This document shows, piece after piece, positions 12,814-25,062 of a DNA stretch of 64,000 nucleotides (positions are counted from its first letter, which is position 1; every line of letters begins with the position of its first letter). The notes beneath the pieces are model-generated. The model made no database searches. It saw nothing but the letters and a program-made list of their open reading frames with translations, and was not told the DNA's origin. Source of the stretch: Takakia lepidozioides (taxonomy: Eukaryota > Plantae > Bryophyta); NCBI GenBank assembly GCA_030704615.1, contig CM060732.1:58156001-58220000 (forward strand). The letters run 5' to 3'. The translations under genes and the position numbers were made by a program.

Positions 12814-12930
12814 ATGCCTCGGCGTGAGCCTGGTCACGTGAGCGCGTGAGCGCGTGAGCGCGACTGCGCTCACGCCACGTCACCTTGCGCAAATGCCACG
12901 TCACGGGGCTCAGTCCACGTCATCACACGT
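12814..12930. repeat. Left imperfect TIR with reiterated GCGTGAGC and (G)CCACGTCA motifs
   Basis: Aligns with the reverse complement of 29040-29149. The motifs are repeated several times. Confidence 0.75.
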
Positions 12931-13029
12931 GGAGGCCGAGTCAACACGCACCCAGAAAGAAGTGGAGTGTATTCCCGCGGATTGGCACCCTTTACCGCGG
13001 AAACAAGCTGGACGACATAATAAAAGGCA

Positions 13030-13400
13030 TTGAATAAATGATGGATGAATGTACAGTTGGATGATAAACAGATGGATGAGTTTGAAAAATCTATGTAGAT
13101 GGATGAATGACGGATGGATAAGAGTAAAATGGATGAATGTATAATGGATGTTGAGCAATGACAAAAATCATGACAGGAAGATGCATGACCAAATCTTTTG
13201 ACGAATGCACAAAGTATATGAAATGAGTGTGGAAGGTTTGTGGGGTGGATTAAAGAGTACAGAGGATGAAGTACAATGGATGTTGTACAAAGGAAGCTTT
13301 CATGAATGGAGCACGCATGAATACAGTGTAGATGAATGCACAATGGATATGAGAAGAGTCAGGAAGGTTTGTGAGATGGATTCATACATATAGCAATTTA
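13030..13400. repeat. Degenerate ATGGATGA-rich low-complexity subterminal tract
   Basis: Many ATGGATGA(A) variants in tandem-like spacing. Confidence 0.6.
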
Positions 13401-13834
13401 AACGAAAGTTGATTCTGTGATTATTATTTGTTCTAAAGGAACAACTACGGTAGAGTAAGGGGATTCAACGTTTTACAGATCATATGAAAATGAATATTAA
13501 AAGAATACAGTTCAGTCTGACTCAGAGTCAGTACAATGTATCCCCTCTTCCTCTGCATCTAAGTCTAAGTATTTTAGAACACCGGATCCACGCTGGATAC
13601 ACCTACGGCTGGCCACTAAAAAGTCAGGGGATAGGGACTCGGACGCGTGAAGTGCCATTGCTTCGGCATAAACAGGGAGCAGAAAATTGGAAAGGGGGCT
13701 GTCGAAAACAGACTCGCCAGAAATGACTGTATCTCCTGAAGATCCACCGCTGGCTTTCCTGAAAGACAGCCTGAAAAAGTTATTACTGTAACTTTGATGT
13801 TATCGAGAAATTGAGTATGACTCCCAAAGAGGGT

Positions 13835-15566
13835 TTAGCACTTACTCACATGAAAAGTCGTTGTCGACCTGCTTATCTTCGGATCGTCATCATTTCGAAT
13901 ATGAATCCGATCAGTCTGTGTGCCTGAAGTGGAGCCAGACAAAAGGGGGAGGAGCACTGTGTTGTAGAGGTCAGAATCACCCTCCATACCAAAAAGGCTT
14001 CTTCCGCCTGCCTTGCATGCGTGGTAAGTTGCTCCTGCACCAGACAGGAGAACATAAACAGTTTGGAGGAGGGGATTTAAGCAGATGAAACTGTTGAAAG
14101 GAAACCAATTCGGAAGGGAGAAAACGAACCTGTGGACACAGAAAGATCGACCACCCGTGCAGAGCGGTGGCTGCATGACTCCAGCAGTATTTTGCATGAA
14201 TGCTGGTGACTTTTCCTTTGCACCTCTCCAGGGAGTGCCATCTGGTCTCTTCAGAGTCTGACTGGACTGCATGAAGTTGTACAAAATGTCATCGACATGG
14301 GGCTCATAGGGGGGGTTGACGAAACAACCCTGGTCAGAAATCTCAAAGCTGCGGATGGAGGATGGTGTCTTTGATGTGCGAATCCTCCGCAGGCAGATCG
14401 CCTCGAACATCCTCGTCTGCCAAAGATAGCAGGTTAGTGTGGTAAACACAATATAAAGTGGAAGTGTGTACATCGGCTATTCAGAACTCTGACACCAAAA
14501 AACCATGAATCGTTGATGATCAGTGTCGATCATAAAACATTCTACTAGAGTGGAGCTGCAGAGAAAATTGAAACTCATGATCAAAGCATAAGCAGAAGGC
14601 AGACGGCATACCACCAGCTGACCAGGGAAACCCCCCTTTCACAAGGTAGAGGCTGTTCACACAATTCCATGTGCGCAAAACTTCAAACCCTGAAGACTTG
14701 AGGTATGATGCCAATGCCCGACGACTATCATTGTCACATGACTGAAAAAGCAGAAGTGTCCCTGCATCAGAGAGGAAATTGTTACAGAACCCGAATACCC
14801 AACTCCAGTAGTTGTCCTCGAATTTGTTCCACCCTGGCGTCTTGCCCTTTGGAAGAACTTCTGGCACAGCCTGGCCATCCGGAATGTCGAGAATGACAAT
14901 GTCGGCCGCATAAGTTTCTGCACACCGCACACGAAGGTGGGACCTGTGCTCACCTGCAACAGACATGTTTTTTATAAGAACGATGGCAAGAATGTTTTCA
15001 AAGAACGAGACTGAAATACTGCCAACGAAACATTCAGAGAAAAAGGAAAGAAACTGGAATTCTCACCAGATTGAGGAATGAGATTATATTGTCCCAGGTA
15101 GGGGATGGCACCCCAGTGTATCCTCTCTTTCGACTCTGCATCATCGAAAGCCAACCCTCATTAACAATTTTCATCTCTCCTGCTGAATCAGAACGGGAAG
15201 GGTGTGGCTTGGCATCGAACACGCACTGAATAGTGCGGGTATATCTTCCAGCACTAAAGTCCTGCCCACTCTCCATCTCCTTTTCATTCTCCTTCCCCTT
15301 GTCCTTTTCCTTCTCTTTGGACTTGTCTTTTGTCCTTTGGCTTTGCTGGTGAGATGGCTAATGACATCAACAGCCTTGTCTTTTTGGTTTGCGGCCCGCC
15401 TCTTTCCCTTCTGCGGCGTTCCCTGAGCATCAGGCTCCTTGGCAGCCAAGGTTGCTATGTTTTCGTTGATACTCTTCGTCAGTCAAAGGCGCCAGCATCT
15501 CAGCGTTATTGTTCAAGTATTTCATATGCTGTTCTTGAAAGGTCGTGTGCTCAGGTGGGCAGTCAA
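13835..15566 (-). CDS. 3' exons of the transposon cargo gene: beta-class (N6_N4_Mtase-like) DNA amino-methyltransferase domain
   Basis: Exon ~14611-14954 reads ADIVILDIPDG...WN...VFGFCNNFLSDAGTLLLF (motif IV to VI position). Removing one T from the run at 14190-14193 and splicing the GT-AG intron 14129-14035 gives KEKSPAFMQILLESCSHRSARVVDLSVSTGATYHACKAGGRSLFGMEGD, which follows the beta-class X-I-II pattern EKP..L...LI...S.....VLD.F.GSG.T..A....GR...G.E.D. Confidence 0.7.
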
Positions 15567-18500
15567 TGTCGCGGCCCTTTGCCTTGAGGGCAGTGGTTCG
15601 GGACACATGAGGGGCTGCCCCTGTGGTGGGGGCAGCGGCAGCGATAGGTATGGGGGGGCGAAGCACCCTTGAGTGCCCAGGCACTCAAGGAGGCGAGGCG
15701 CTCACTAGGTGGAGCCCCGCACACCGGGTTGCGTGTAGGTGGCTCCACAAGGGGTGGTGTTATCTTAGTTGGACTTAGTGGGGGTGGCATAGGACTCACC
15801 ATGGGTTGGAGACTCGAGGTGGGAGTCGTGGGAGTCTCTGGGACTCATCACGGTCCATTGGGGCCGCGGTGAGTGGGCCAAGACTCACGCGACTCACCAC
15901 CGGGAGTCGAGGGTTTTCGTGGTGGTTCGCCATAAATGCATGGCTGGTTATGAAACCCCCCGCGACAGCTACTAAGTAATTATAGGGGAGTAGAACCCCG
16001 AGAACGGTGCAATCCCGTTGGTGACCAAAAAACTAGTGGTAAGCGAGCGAGCCGAAAGCGACCAAAGAGGTGGGGAGCTGTTCCGGCCTGCCATCTACCA
16101 AAGGATAGGTGGAGGGTTTAGGGAAGCGGAAGGGGACCGTTATGTCCCGGTGAGCAGCCGAAACTCCAAGTTGGCCGGGCGGCCAGGTTGGGAGTCAGGC
16201 GCGCGCATCAAAGCGAGTAACTATGACTTGAAGGGGAGTTTACCGAAGTGAGGTGTGCGACACTTGGTATCAGAGCTTAGAGTTCAGTACGCGATCGTCC
16301 TTGGGATTGGCCTCATCATGGGGTCGGGCAAGCCGAAGCGAAAGCGGAACGGCCCAAAAGATGATGATCCCGGTGAGCCCGATGGGGGCGACGTGTCACC
16401 GAGGCGGCCGTTTGAGGAAGCGATAATGTTTCCGAAAACGAGGCCGCTCAGGAGCGGGAGGAATCCGAGGAGTCGGAGCCCGAGGAATCTTGAGAGCTCC
16501 GACAACCAAGAGATGCCTCCCATGCCGGCAGCCTTTTGGGAAGGGTTGTTGGCGCAGTTTGGCGGGACGTTGAAAGACGTGTTGAAGGCGGCTAATGCCA
16601 CTTCCACCAAGGCAAAGTTTAAGGTGAAGCCTAAGGAACCCGGCACCTTCGAGGGCGTTCGAAATCGGAAGGCACTCAACACCTGGCTCCTGGAGCTAGA
16701 GCAGTACTTCCGGGCGGCCAAGTTGAGTGACGAGGATCGGGTGGAAGTGGCTCCCACCTATTTGAGGGGCTATGCTCAACAATGGTGGCAGAAACGCCTT
16801 CACGACCGAGGCCCAAGCCCGGAAACCTTGAACTGGAGTGAGTTCAAGGAATTGATGAAGAGACAGTTTGTGCCCCTCAACGCATCCTGGCTTGCCCGGG
16901 ACAAGATGAGGAATTTGAAGCAAACAGATGACATTCGGGGGTATGTCCAGGCTTTCAATGTGCTGTTGCTCGAAGTCGCGGACATGGCAGAACCAGAAAT
17001 GGTCTTCAACTTTGTGGCGGGACTGGCCCCATGGGCTAGGCGGAAGTTGGAGGAGAAGCCACCCAAGACTTTGAACGAGGCAATTGAGAGAGCTGAATGT
17101 TTCTCGGATGTCCCTAGGGGTGAGAGACAAGGCCGTACGGAGCTGAACCACAAGAAGACCCGGCGGGAAGGACTGACCTCCTCCGACCGGAAAAGAAGTG
17201 GGATAGGCCACGCGGCGAAAATGGCACGTGGAAATCGAAGGGAGGTCCTTCACACGTCAAGGCGGCACCCGTGCTTCGAAAGGAAAAGCGGGTGGAGCGA
17301 CTTATGGCGGACAGAAGGCGACCTTTGATGGAGTGTGTTTCAATTGCGGGGAGCCCGGGCACATGGCCAAGAAGTGCACGAAGCCCCGGCAATTGAACAT
17401 GACTCGGGCGACCACGGAGCTGTCGGAAGATACCATCAGTCGCTTGGTGGAAGCGGTGGTCGCCAGGACTTGCAAGGTAGGCAAATTTCTTGTGAGTTGT
17501 ATCAGGAAACTGGCGCCTTACGAAAAGGGAGTCAGTTATTGTTCGTGGATGGGATAATATCCGGAACTAATGTGTCGTTGTTGGTGGACACAGGAGCGTC
17601 GCACTCCTTCATGACGCCGGCGGCGGCGCGAAAGTTGGGACTCCCGACAAGTGACGTGGGGGCCTCTATTGAGGTGCGTCTGCCAAAGGAGAACCTCAGT
17701 TGGCGACAAGGTTGGCGTTTGATGTTCCTCTTCAACTGGGGAGTTGGGAGGGACGTGAGAACTTCACTATCTGCGAGATCGATGGAGTGGATCTCATTTT
17801 GGGAATGACCTTTTTGAGCAAATCCGGAGCGGTCATAGATGGCCGCAAGAGAGTAGTCACGCTGCCATGTGGGAATGGTGGCGAGGTTTTACGAGTGTCG
17901 GAAACGCCCAAATCCGTGGGAGGGCGAATAAACCTTCTATCAGCAAGGAGTGGGCCGTGGAGGAGACACACGAGTCCCAGTTTTTGCTTTACATTAGAGA
18001 AGTGAAAGGAGAAGGCGATGGGGAGCCGAGCCCAGATTGGATCAAGGGGATTTTGGAGAAATACCAGGATGTGATGCCGGAGGATTTACCAAGCGGCTTG
18101 CCACCGCGAAGAGGAGTTGACCACAAATTGAGGTGATACCGGGATCGGAACCGCCTGCCAAGGCGCCCTACCGGTTGAGCCACAAGAGTTGGTCGAGCTG
18201 AAGACTCAGCTCAAAGATCTAATGTCAAAGGGGTACATCCGGCCGAGTAAGTCACCTTACGGAGCCCCGGTGCTATTTGCAGACAAGAAGGATGGGACGC
18301 TCCGGCGAGTAAGTCACCTTACGGAGTCCCCGGTGCTATTTTGCAGCCAAAAGGATGGCACGCTGCGGATGTGTGTCGATTACAAAGGGCTCTGAATAAG
18401 TTGACTATCAAAACCGGTAACCCTTTGCCAAGGATCACGACCTCTTCGATCGGTTGGCAGGAGCGAAGTATTTCAGAGCCGATCGCCTGCGCGTCCGCTT

Positions 18501-21500
18501 ATCACCAAATTCGGGTGGCGGAAGGAGATGAGGAGAAGACCGCGTGCAGGACAAGGTATGGTTCATATGAGTTCTTGGTGATGCCTTTTGGGCTCACCAA
18601 TGCACCAGCGACATTTGCACGCTGATGAACAGCCTTTTCCAGGAGTGGTTGGATGACTTTGTGATCGTGTACATCGACGACATCTTGGTGTACTCGAAAA
18701 CAAAGGAGGAGCACCTGGAGCACCTCAAAAGGGTGTTCCAAAAATTGCGAGAAGGGAAGCTGTATGCCAAAGCTTCAAAGTGCGAATTCGGGGTCACAAA
18801 AGTGGAGTTCTGGGGCACGTGATTACACAGGATGGGATCAAAATGGATGACAGAAAGGTGAGGGCGATCTTGGACTGGGAGCCTCCGACTTCGTCCCGGA
18901 GTGCGATCCTTCCTAGGACCTCGCTCCTATTACCGGAAGTATGTGAGAATTTCGCCAAGATCGCGGGGGCCGCTGTCGGACCTCTGTGTAAATCCAAAGT
19001 CTGGGTATGGAACACATTTTGTGGCCAAGCTTTTGCTGAATTGAAGCAGCGGATGACAGAAGCTCCAGTCTTAAAAATCCCGGAGTTCGATCGTCCGTTT
19101 GAGATTCATACAGATGCATCGGACTTCGCAATTGGGGTGTACTGCAAGATGGACGTCCAGTGGCTTACGAAAGTAAGAACTGAATGAAGTGGAGCGACGA
19201 TGGCCGACGTACGAAAAAGAGATGAAGGCGGTGTACATTGCCTTGAACTCTGGCGCCACTATGTTGGTTCCAACCCAGTGAGGGTGTTCACGGACAATGT
19301 CACGGTGAAGTATTTTGCCGACGCCCAAGTTGTCCCCAAAACAACTTAGGTGGCAAGATACTTTGGCAGTGTTCGACGTGGATATCCAGTACAAACCGGG
19401 ACGGGACAATGTGGTGGCCGATGCTTTAAGTAGAAAGCAGCAGCTCTTGTTGGTGTACAGGGCGAGACGACGCTCCAAAGGAAGATCCGGAAGGCTTGCC
19501 GGAAGGATGAGCTGGCAAAGTGCGTGATGCAGAACTTGAGAATGGGGGTTAAAATCGCAGTTCCACTTGCAAAACGGACTGCTCCGGTATAAGCAAAAAC
19601 GTCTCTATGTGCCAAAGGGAGGGATCAGGGATAGTCTCTTGAGAGAATGCCATGATAGCCCGCTTGCGGGCCACGGTGGAGCCAAGCGCACTGCGGCACT
19701 CTTGAAGAAAGAGTATTTCTGGCCCAAACTGAGGGAGGAGCAGAGGAGTATGTTAAGACATGCACCACATGCCAACCAAAACCGGAGCGAGTATAAAAAG
19801 CAAGCGGGGCTGTTACAAACCCTTGCCGATTCCAGAGGGGACTTGGGAAAGCGTCTCGATGGATTTCATGACTGCTATGCCGCTGTCAAAAGGATTCGAT
19901 GCAATCATGGTGGTGGTAGATAGGTTCAGTAAAATGGCCCATTTCATCCCACCAAGGAGACGGCAACTGCGCAGGAGACAGGGCGACTTTACTTACTTCG
20001 CCCACGTCTTAAAGCATCATGGAGTCCCCGAAGGATATTGTCTCGGACCGCGATCCAAAGTTTACGAGTAAATTCTGGAGAGCACTTTGGAAGAAGATGG
20101 GGACGAGGCTGAAGATGAGCACCGCCTTCCGACCTACGACGGACGGCCAAACGGAAAGAGTGAATTCCGTAGTGAAGCATTCTTGCGGAATTACGTGTCG
20201 GCAGACCAATCGACTGGATGGAACACTTAGACGCGGCAGAGTTCTGTTATAAATAACACAGAACACTCCGCGACGGGAGTTTCCCTTTCTTTTGTGTTGG
20301 TCTATGGAAAAGCCCTCTGATGCCGACAAGGTTGGGCCGCCCAGGACGTTGAGGACCCGGCAGTAGCGGCGGTACTGGAGAAACGCGAGCGTTTGTTGAA
20401 GCTCGCAAAGTACAACATTGCCAAAGCTAGGAAACGGTATGAAAGGCAGGCGAATCGGAAGCGGAGGGAAGTGAAGTTTGAGGCAGGCACAGAGGTCTGG
20501 TTAACATCAAGAATTTTCGACTACCTCTCCGAAATGAGTCCGAAGTTCGTACCTCCGTATGCGGGTCCCTTTCGCATTCGGAGGGTTATGAATGAGGATT
20601 TGTTAGAATTGGAGCTGCCAGCAAACAGCAAGGTGCACCCAGTATTCCATGTCTCCCTTTTGAAGCCTTACTTCAAATGAAGCACGTCCGAATCGGCAGC
20701 AAGTGTTGCGTCCGCCACCTATGCTGTTGGATCATGAAAATGAACCCGAGTACGAGGTGGAGGCAATACTTAAGTCGAGGAGGTTCAAGAACCGAGAAAC
20801 GGAGTATCTCGTCAAATGGAAGGGCTATCATCTTGTGGAGGCATCTTGGGTGCGTGCCTCAGAAATGGGAAACGCATCCGAGGCATTGCAGCGTTCGAAG
20901 GGCGACCTCAAAAGCGGAAGAAGCGTTGATGGGGACATCAACCTTGGAGCGTGGGGGAGGAAATGCATGCTTAGCCCGGTTTAGCTAGCTCAGGAATCCG
21001 ATTGCAAAAACTTGTATTGTACAAAAATTTGTGATAAAGGAAATGGGTTCCAAATATTGTGCGTCCTATTGTGTTTGGAATGGTGATGCATGGTGTGGTT
21101 GGCTGGTGTGTAGAATGCATGCTAGCTTACAAAAGTGGGAGAGGTAAATTGGGTTAATCGTGTGTTTGCGCATGCCGAATCGGGTGACTCCCATCCAAGG
21201 GGCAAGGAAACTTGCGCCTTATTTGGGATTCAAGTGCTAGTGCGCACCTGGCGCGTGCGCGTACTATAACTAACTGCGCTACCGAGGGGGTTGCCTTGTA
21301 GTGTGCGGGCTAACGCGGAAGCTACGTGCTTCCGTTCACGTACTATAATCGTGTAGCCTCGGGACGAAGTCGTAGTGCGGCTTCGCGTGTTCCCGTACCT
21401 CAGGCCAGCATTCCAAGGCGACCCAATTGTAGTGATTGGGGCGCACGGTTGGTTCAAGGTTATCTTCCTAGTCAAAGAGGGTTCCAGGTGAACCCCTTGC

Positions 21501-22555
21501 TCAAGGTGATGCCAAAAGCGGCATCATGAGCGATCGCAGCAATGTTGTTGCAGTAAGGCGATTCGATCCTCGGGAGGATCGTTCCTTGGCCTTGAAGTAG
21601 GCCAAGAAGAGTGCACTGGGAGGAGCTGGAGAGGCTCCACCCTTGGCCGGACTTGGAGGAAGTCGGCCGAACTAGCTAGTGGAGAGTGGAGTCGTGTGGG
21701 GTTTGGTTCTTTGCCATGGGACGCCATGGTACGGAAACAAACTCCTTGATGTGGGACGCCACAACTTGGATGTTCGTTTCTACAAAATGGACAAGTCGAT
21801 GAGGACATCGACTCCCTGTTGGTAGGGGTGTGTGTCGCGGCCCTTTGCCTTGAGGGCAGGGGGTCGGGACACATGAGAGGGGCTGCCCCTGTGGTGGGGG
21901 CAGCGGCAGCGATAGGTATGGGGGGCTGAAGCACCCTTGAGTGCCCAAGGCACTCAAGGAGGCGGAGGCGCTCACTAGGGGAGCCCCGCACCCGGGTTGC
22001 GGTGGAGGTGGCTCCACAAGGGGTGGTGGTAGCTTGTGGGACTTAGTGGGGGTGGCATAGGACTCCCATGGGGTGGAGACCTCGAGGTGGGAGTCGTGGG
22101 GAGTCTTGGGACTCATCACGGTCCATTGGGCCCGCGGTGAGTGGGCCAAGACTCACCGCGACTCACCACCGGGAGTCGAGGGTTTTCGTGGTGGTTCGCC
22201 ATAAAATGGCATGGCTGGTTATGAAACCCCCGCGGACAGCTACAGAAGTATATATAGGGAGTAGTAACCCCGAGAACGGTGCAAGCCCGTTGGTGACCAA
22301 AAACTAGTGAGAGTAGCGAGCGAGCCGGAGCCGGAAGCGACCAAAGAGTGGGAGCTGTTCCGGACTGCCATCTACCAAGGGAATTCTCCTAGTCCCAATA
22401 GGTGGAGGGTTTAGAGGGAAGCGGAAGGGGACCGTTATGTCCCGGTGAGCAGCCGAAACTCCAAGTTGGCCCGGCGGTCAGTTGGGAGTCAGGCGCGCGC
22501 ATCAAAGCGAGTAACTATGATTGAAGGGGAGTTTACCGAATTGAGGTGTGCGACA
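15567..22555 (+). mobile_element. Full-length Ty3/gypsy chromovirus LTR retrotransposon (copy 1), nested in the cargo gene
   Basis: LTRs at 15567-16262 and 21833-22555 (TGTCGCG...GCGACA). 5-bp TSD GTCAA/GTCAA. PBS TGGTATCAGAGC (tRNA-iMet) at 16265. Order gag-PR-RT-RH-IN-chromodomain. Confidence 0.95.
16318..20928 (+). pseudogene. gag-pol of chromovirus copy 1, with many 1-bp frameshifts
   Basis: Gag (LRGYAQQWW), zinc knuckle [14 protein letters not shown], protease [16 protein letters not shown], integrase SVSMDF and GPF, chromodomain EYEVEAIL...YLVKWKGY. Confidence 0.9.
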
Positions 22556-24250
22556 GTCAAGGTACCACCCACAGTCTCTGAAGTGAGAAGGACTCCAGTC
22601 CTTCAATATCCCTGCAGTATACATGGTTGGATCGTTTGCAGGGTCCGACCACATGTCAAGATATCCGGATTCCGCTCATCAGACCAATCCTCTGAATTCG
22701 GAATAGTGTGTGTCCAGCTTGTTGTCACATGCGATTTCTCTGTCTGGCGTCTGCAAAACATTGAAAACATTGCATTCCTTAACACTGTTTTTTGAGGATC
22801 AACAAGACACTACAGAGGGAATCAAATCTCCTGGATGACTTACTTGTTCACGTCGTGCATAGCTGTAAGAAGCTAGCATGTCGGTTTCCTGGATCCAAAA
22901 CCATTGCCTCCACAGCACATGCTTGTCTTTGTCTTTCGAATGGTGTTTCTGATGTATCCCATCCATGCAGCAATCGGTGTTGCCGTCCCAGACGTAGAAC
23001 ATGTGGTTGCAAATTGCTGGGTGTTCTTTCCCATCATGAGGCCCAGCTCGAAACTCCTCATTGGCATCTTTCCAGCACTCATCCCAGTTATCACTGATCT
23101 CTGGAGAAACTAATGTGCTTTTCCATTTATATCCGTCAGTGACACATAAAAAACTTGTGCACCAAGTCTATATCCATGCACAAAATCACTCTCCAATTTT
23201 GTTATGTCATGGGAAAGAGGTGGACGCACAACAGGCATTGATATCATCTGGCACAGAGGTATGTCCAGACGCCCTCCAGATACGAGCATATCCCTTATAA
23301 CTCCTGAGAGTTTACCTTCTGGAATGACATGAGTTCTTTCACCTTGTCAAGGTAGTGCACTTCGGATTCATCTGCTTCATGCTTCCATCTGTATTCTCTG
23401 AGCTTTTTTGCGGACTCGTCCCCATCTCCAGATCCTTCCCCTCTGATCCTGTAGGCTTCGACCTCACAGTTTTCTGCACGATGCCATTCAGTTCTGACTA
23501 AGTGATTTGCAAATAGTGAATGGCGGTAACGACAATCACTCTGTATCAAGGAACTCACCATGAATGGTGTGAAAGAATTCAGCACAATCTACACATGCAA
23601 AGCCGAGACTGCCGTATTCAAAACAAAAGTGAGAGCGATAGCGAACGGCGTTAACGACAATCACAAAGATAACAACCTGCCGGATCGGTGTGTGTAATGA
23701 CATATATGTGCAACTGATTGGCGGCAACGACATTCAGTGTAGTTTAGGGAGAATAGTAAGTGCAGACTCTCTCTTCAAACACATAGGTACATAAATCTCA
23801 TGAGCAGAATCGAATGGCGTTAACGACGCTCGCGATTCAGTAGTTCCTGCTAAAGAATGGAAGAGGAAGGACTCCTTGAAAGGCAATCACACAGACTATA
23901 TGATAAAACTTACTTACTGGCACCTTCTTAGGTTTTGAAATTTGATCCCCTTCTGCAGCTTTCCTCTCCCTCTCACATCTGCTGGAGTTTCTGTCTGCGC
24001 AAGGGTTTCTTGACCTTCTTCAGGTTCGGCGTTCCGCGTGCTTCCACCTTCTTCAGTGTCCCTGCAATTCATCTCTGCCTCCACAGGCTGGCGCACTCTT
24101 ATCGCCGACGTGTCGCAGCCACTGCCTCAGTCTCCGTCTGCTCTTGTGAATCGTCGTCTCCGCGTTCACCTGCTGCCTTGGCCCTGTGTTCTCCAACAAC
24201 GACGCCTTGTCATTTTCTCTCTTGCTCTGCGTCTCTCTCTAAGGGAAGTA
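22556..24250 (-). CDS. 5' part of the transposon cargo gene, including a ParB/Srx-like N-terminal domain
   Basis: 23265-23135 reads DIPLCQMISMPVVRPPLSHDITKLESDFVHGYRLGAQVFYVSL (ParB box-I-like). ~23000-22955 reads MFYVWDGN(H)RL.AWMGYI after correcting two 1-bp deletions (box-II-like DGxHRxxA). It joins 15566 across the GTCAA TSD. The 5' end is uncertain. Confidence 0.6.
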
Positions 24251-25062
24251 AATAAAGAGACTTTCTTCTCTTTCGTATTCTAGAAGGAACCTCTCTCCAG
24301 CTTGACTACCACTCTCCCTCTAAGCGCGAAAAGTAGAAAAACGCAGTGACTCCCGATTTCTTGCGGGATTGTCTGTGTTCTTGCGTGTCTCTAGAAGCAT
24401 CGGATTCCCTCCCGCGTGACCGTTACACATAGTCGTTTCGTTATTAGTGCACATGCCAGCAATTGGTGTACAGCTGTTCGTATTCAGTTATGGATGTCTG
24501 ACGTGTGCCGCCCAAACAAAACGGCGTGTTCTAAATTATAACTGGTTCATATTTAAAAAGAACAGCGAATCCCAGAAATTGATGTGCAGTCTTAAACAAA
24601 TAAATATAAATGACGAGAGTTTGATGACAATTTTGGAATATCATACACGGTCATCCTTGTTATCCAAACCCCACATTCGTTGCACATTTTGAACTTTCCA
24701 GGTGCGCATGATCATTGGTAGTAGTATATAGATACATTTACTTAATCTGCAATCCCATTCTCGGATCCTGTGGCATGCTTCCAGGAGTCGGTTTGTTATT
24801 GGGTTTATTGATGAGGTTCTGATTAACGGTTTAACAGTTGCCGACACTGCCCCTATGGATTCTCTGACCACTGGGCCCACAAGAAAAGTAATTAAAATGG
24901 ACGGATGCATATCTGGAATGAATAACAGAATATGCACAGTCGTTATCTGAGCTTCCTCCGCCATATGCTCTGCTCATTCTTCAACTGTGTTCTGGAGACA
25001 GCAGTAAACCGATTTACACTAGATCTGCGATAGCAAGGTACAAACATACTCGAGGAAGGAAG

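Noticed and set aside
12870-13343. His/Ile/Ser-rich 157-aa ORF
   Set aside because: Translation of the ATGGATGA low-complexity tract
14028-14055. LLSGAGAT in the ORF track as the MTase FxGxG motif
   Set aside because: LLSGA is translated intron end (polypyrimidine tract and CAG acceptor). The spliced reading VVDLSVSTGAT fits the family pattern better.
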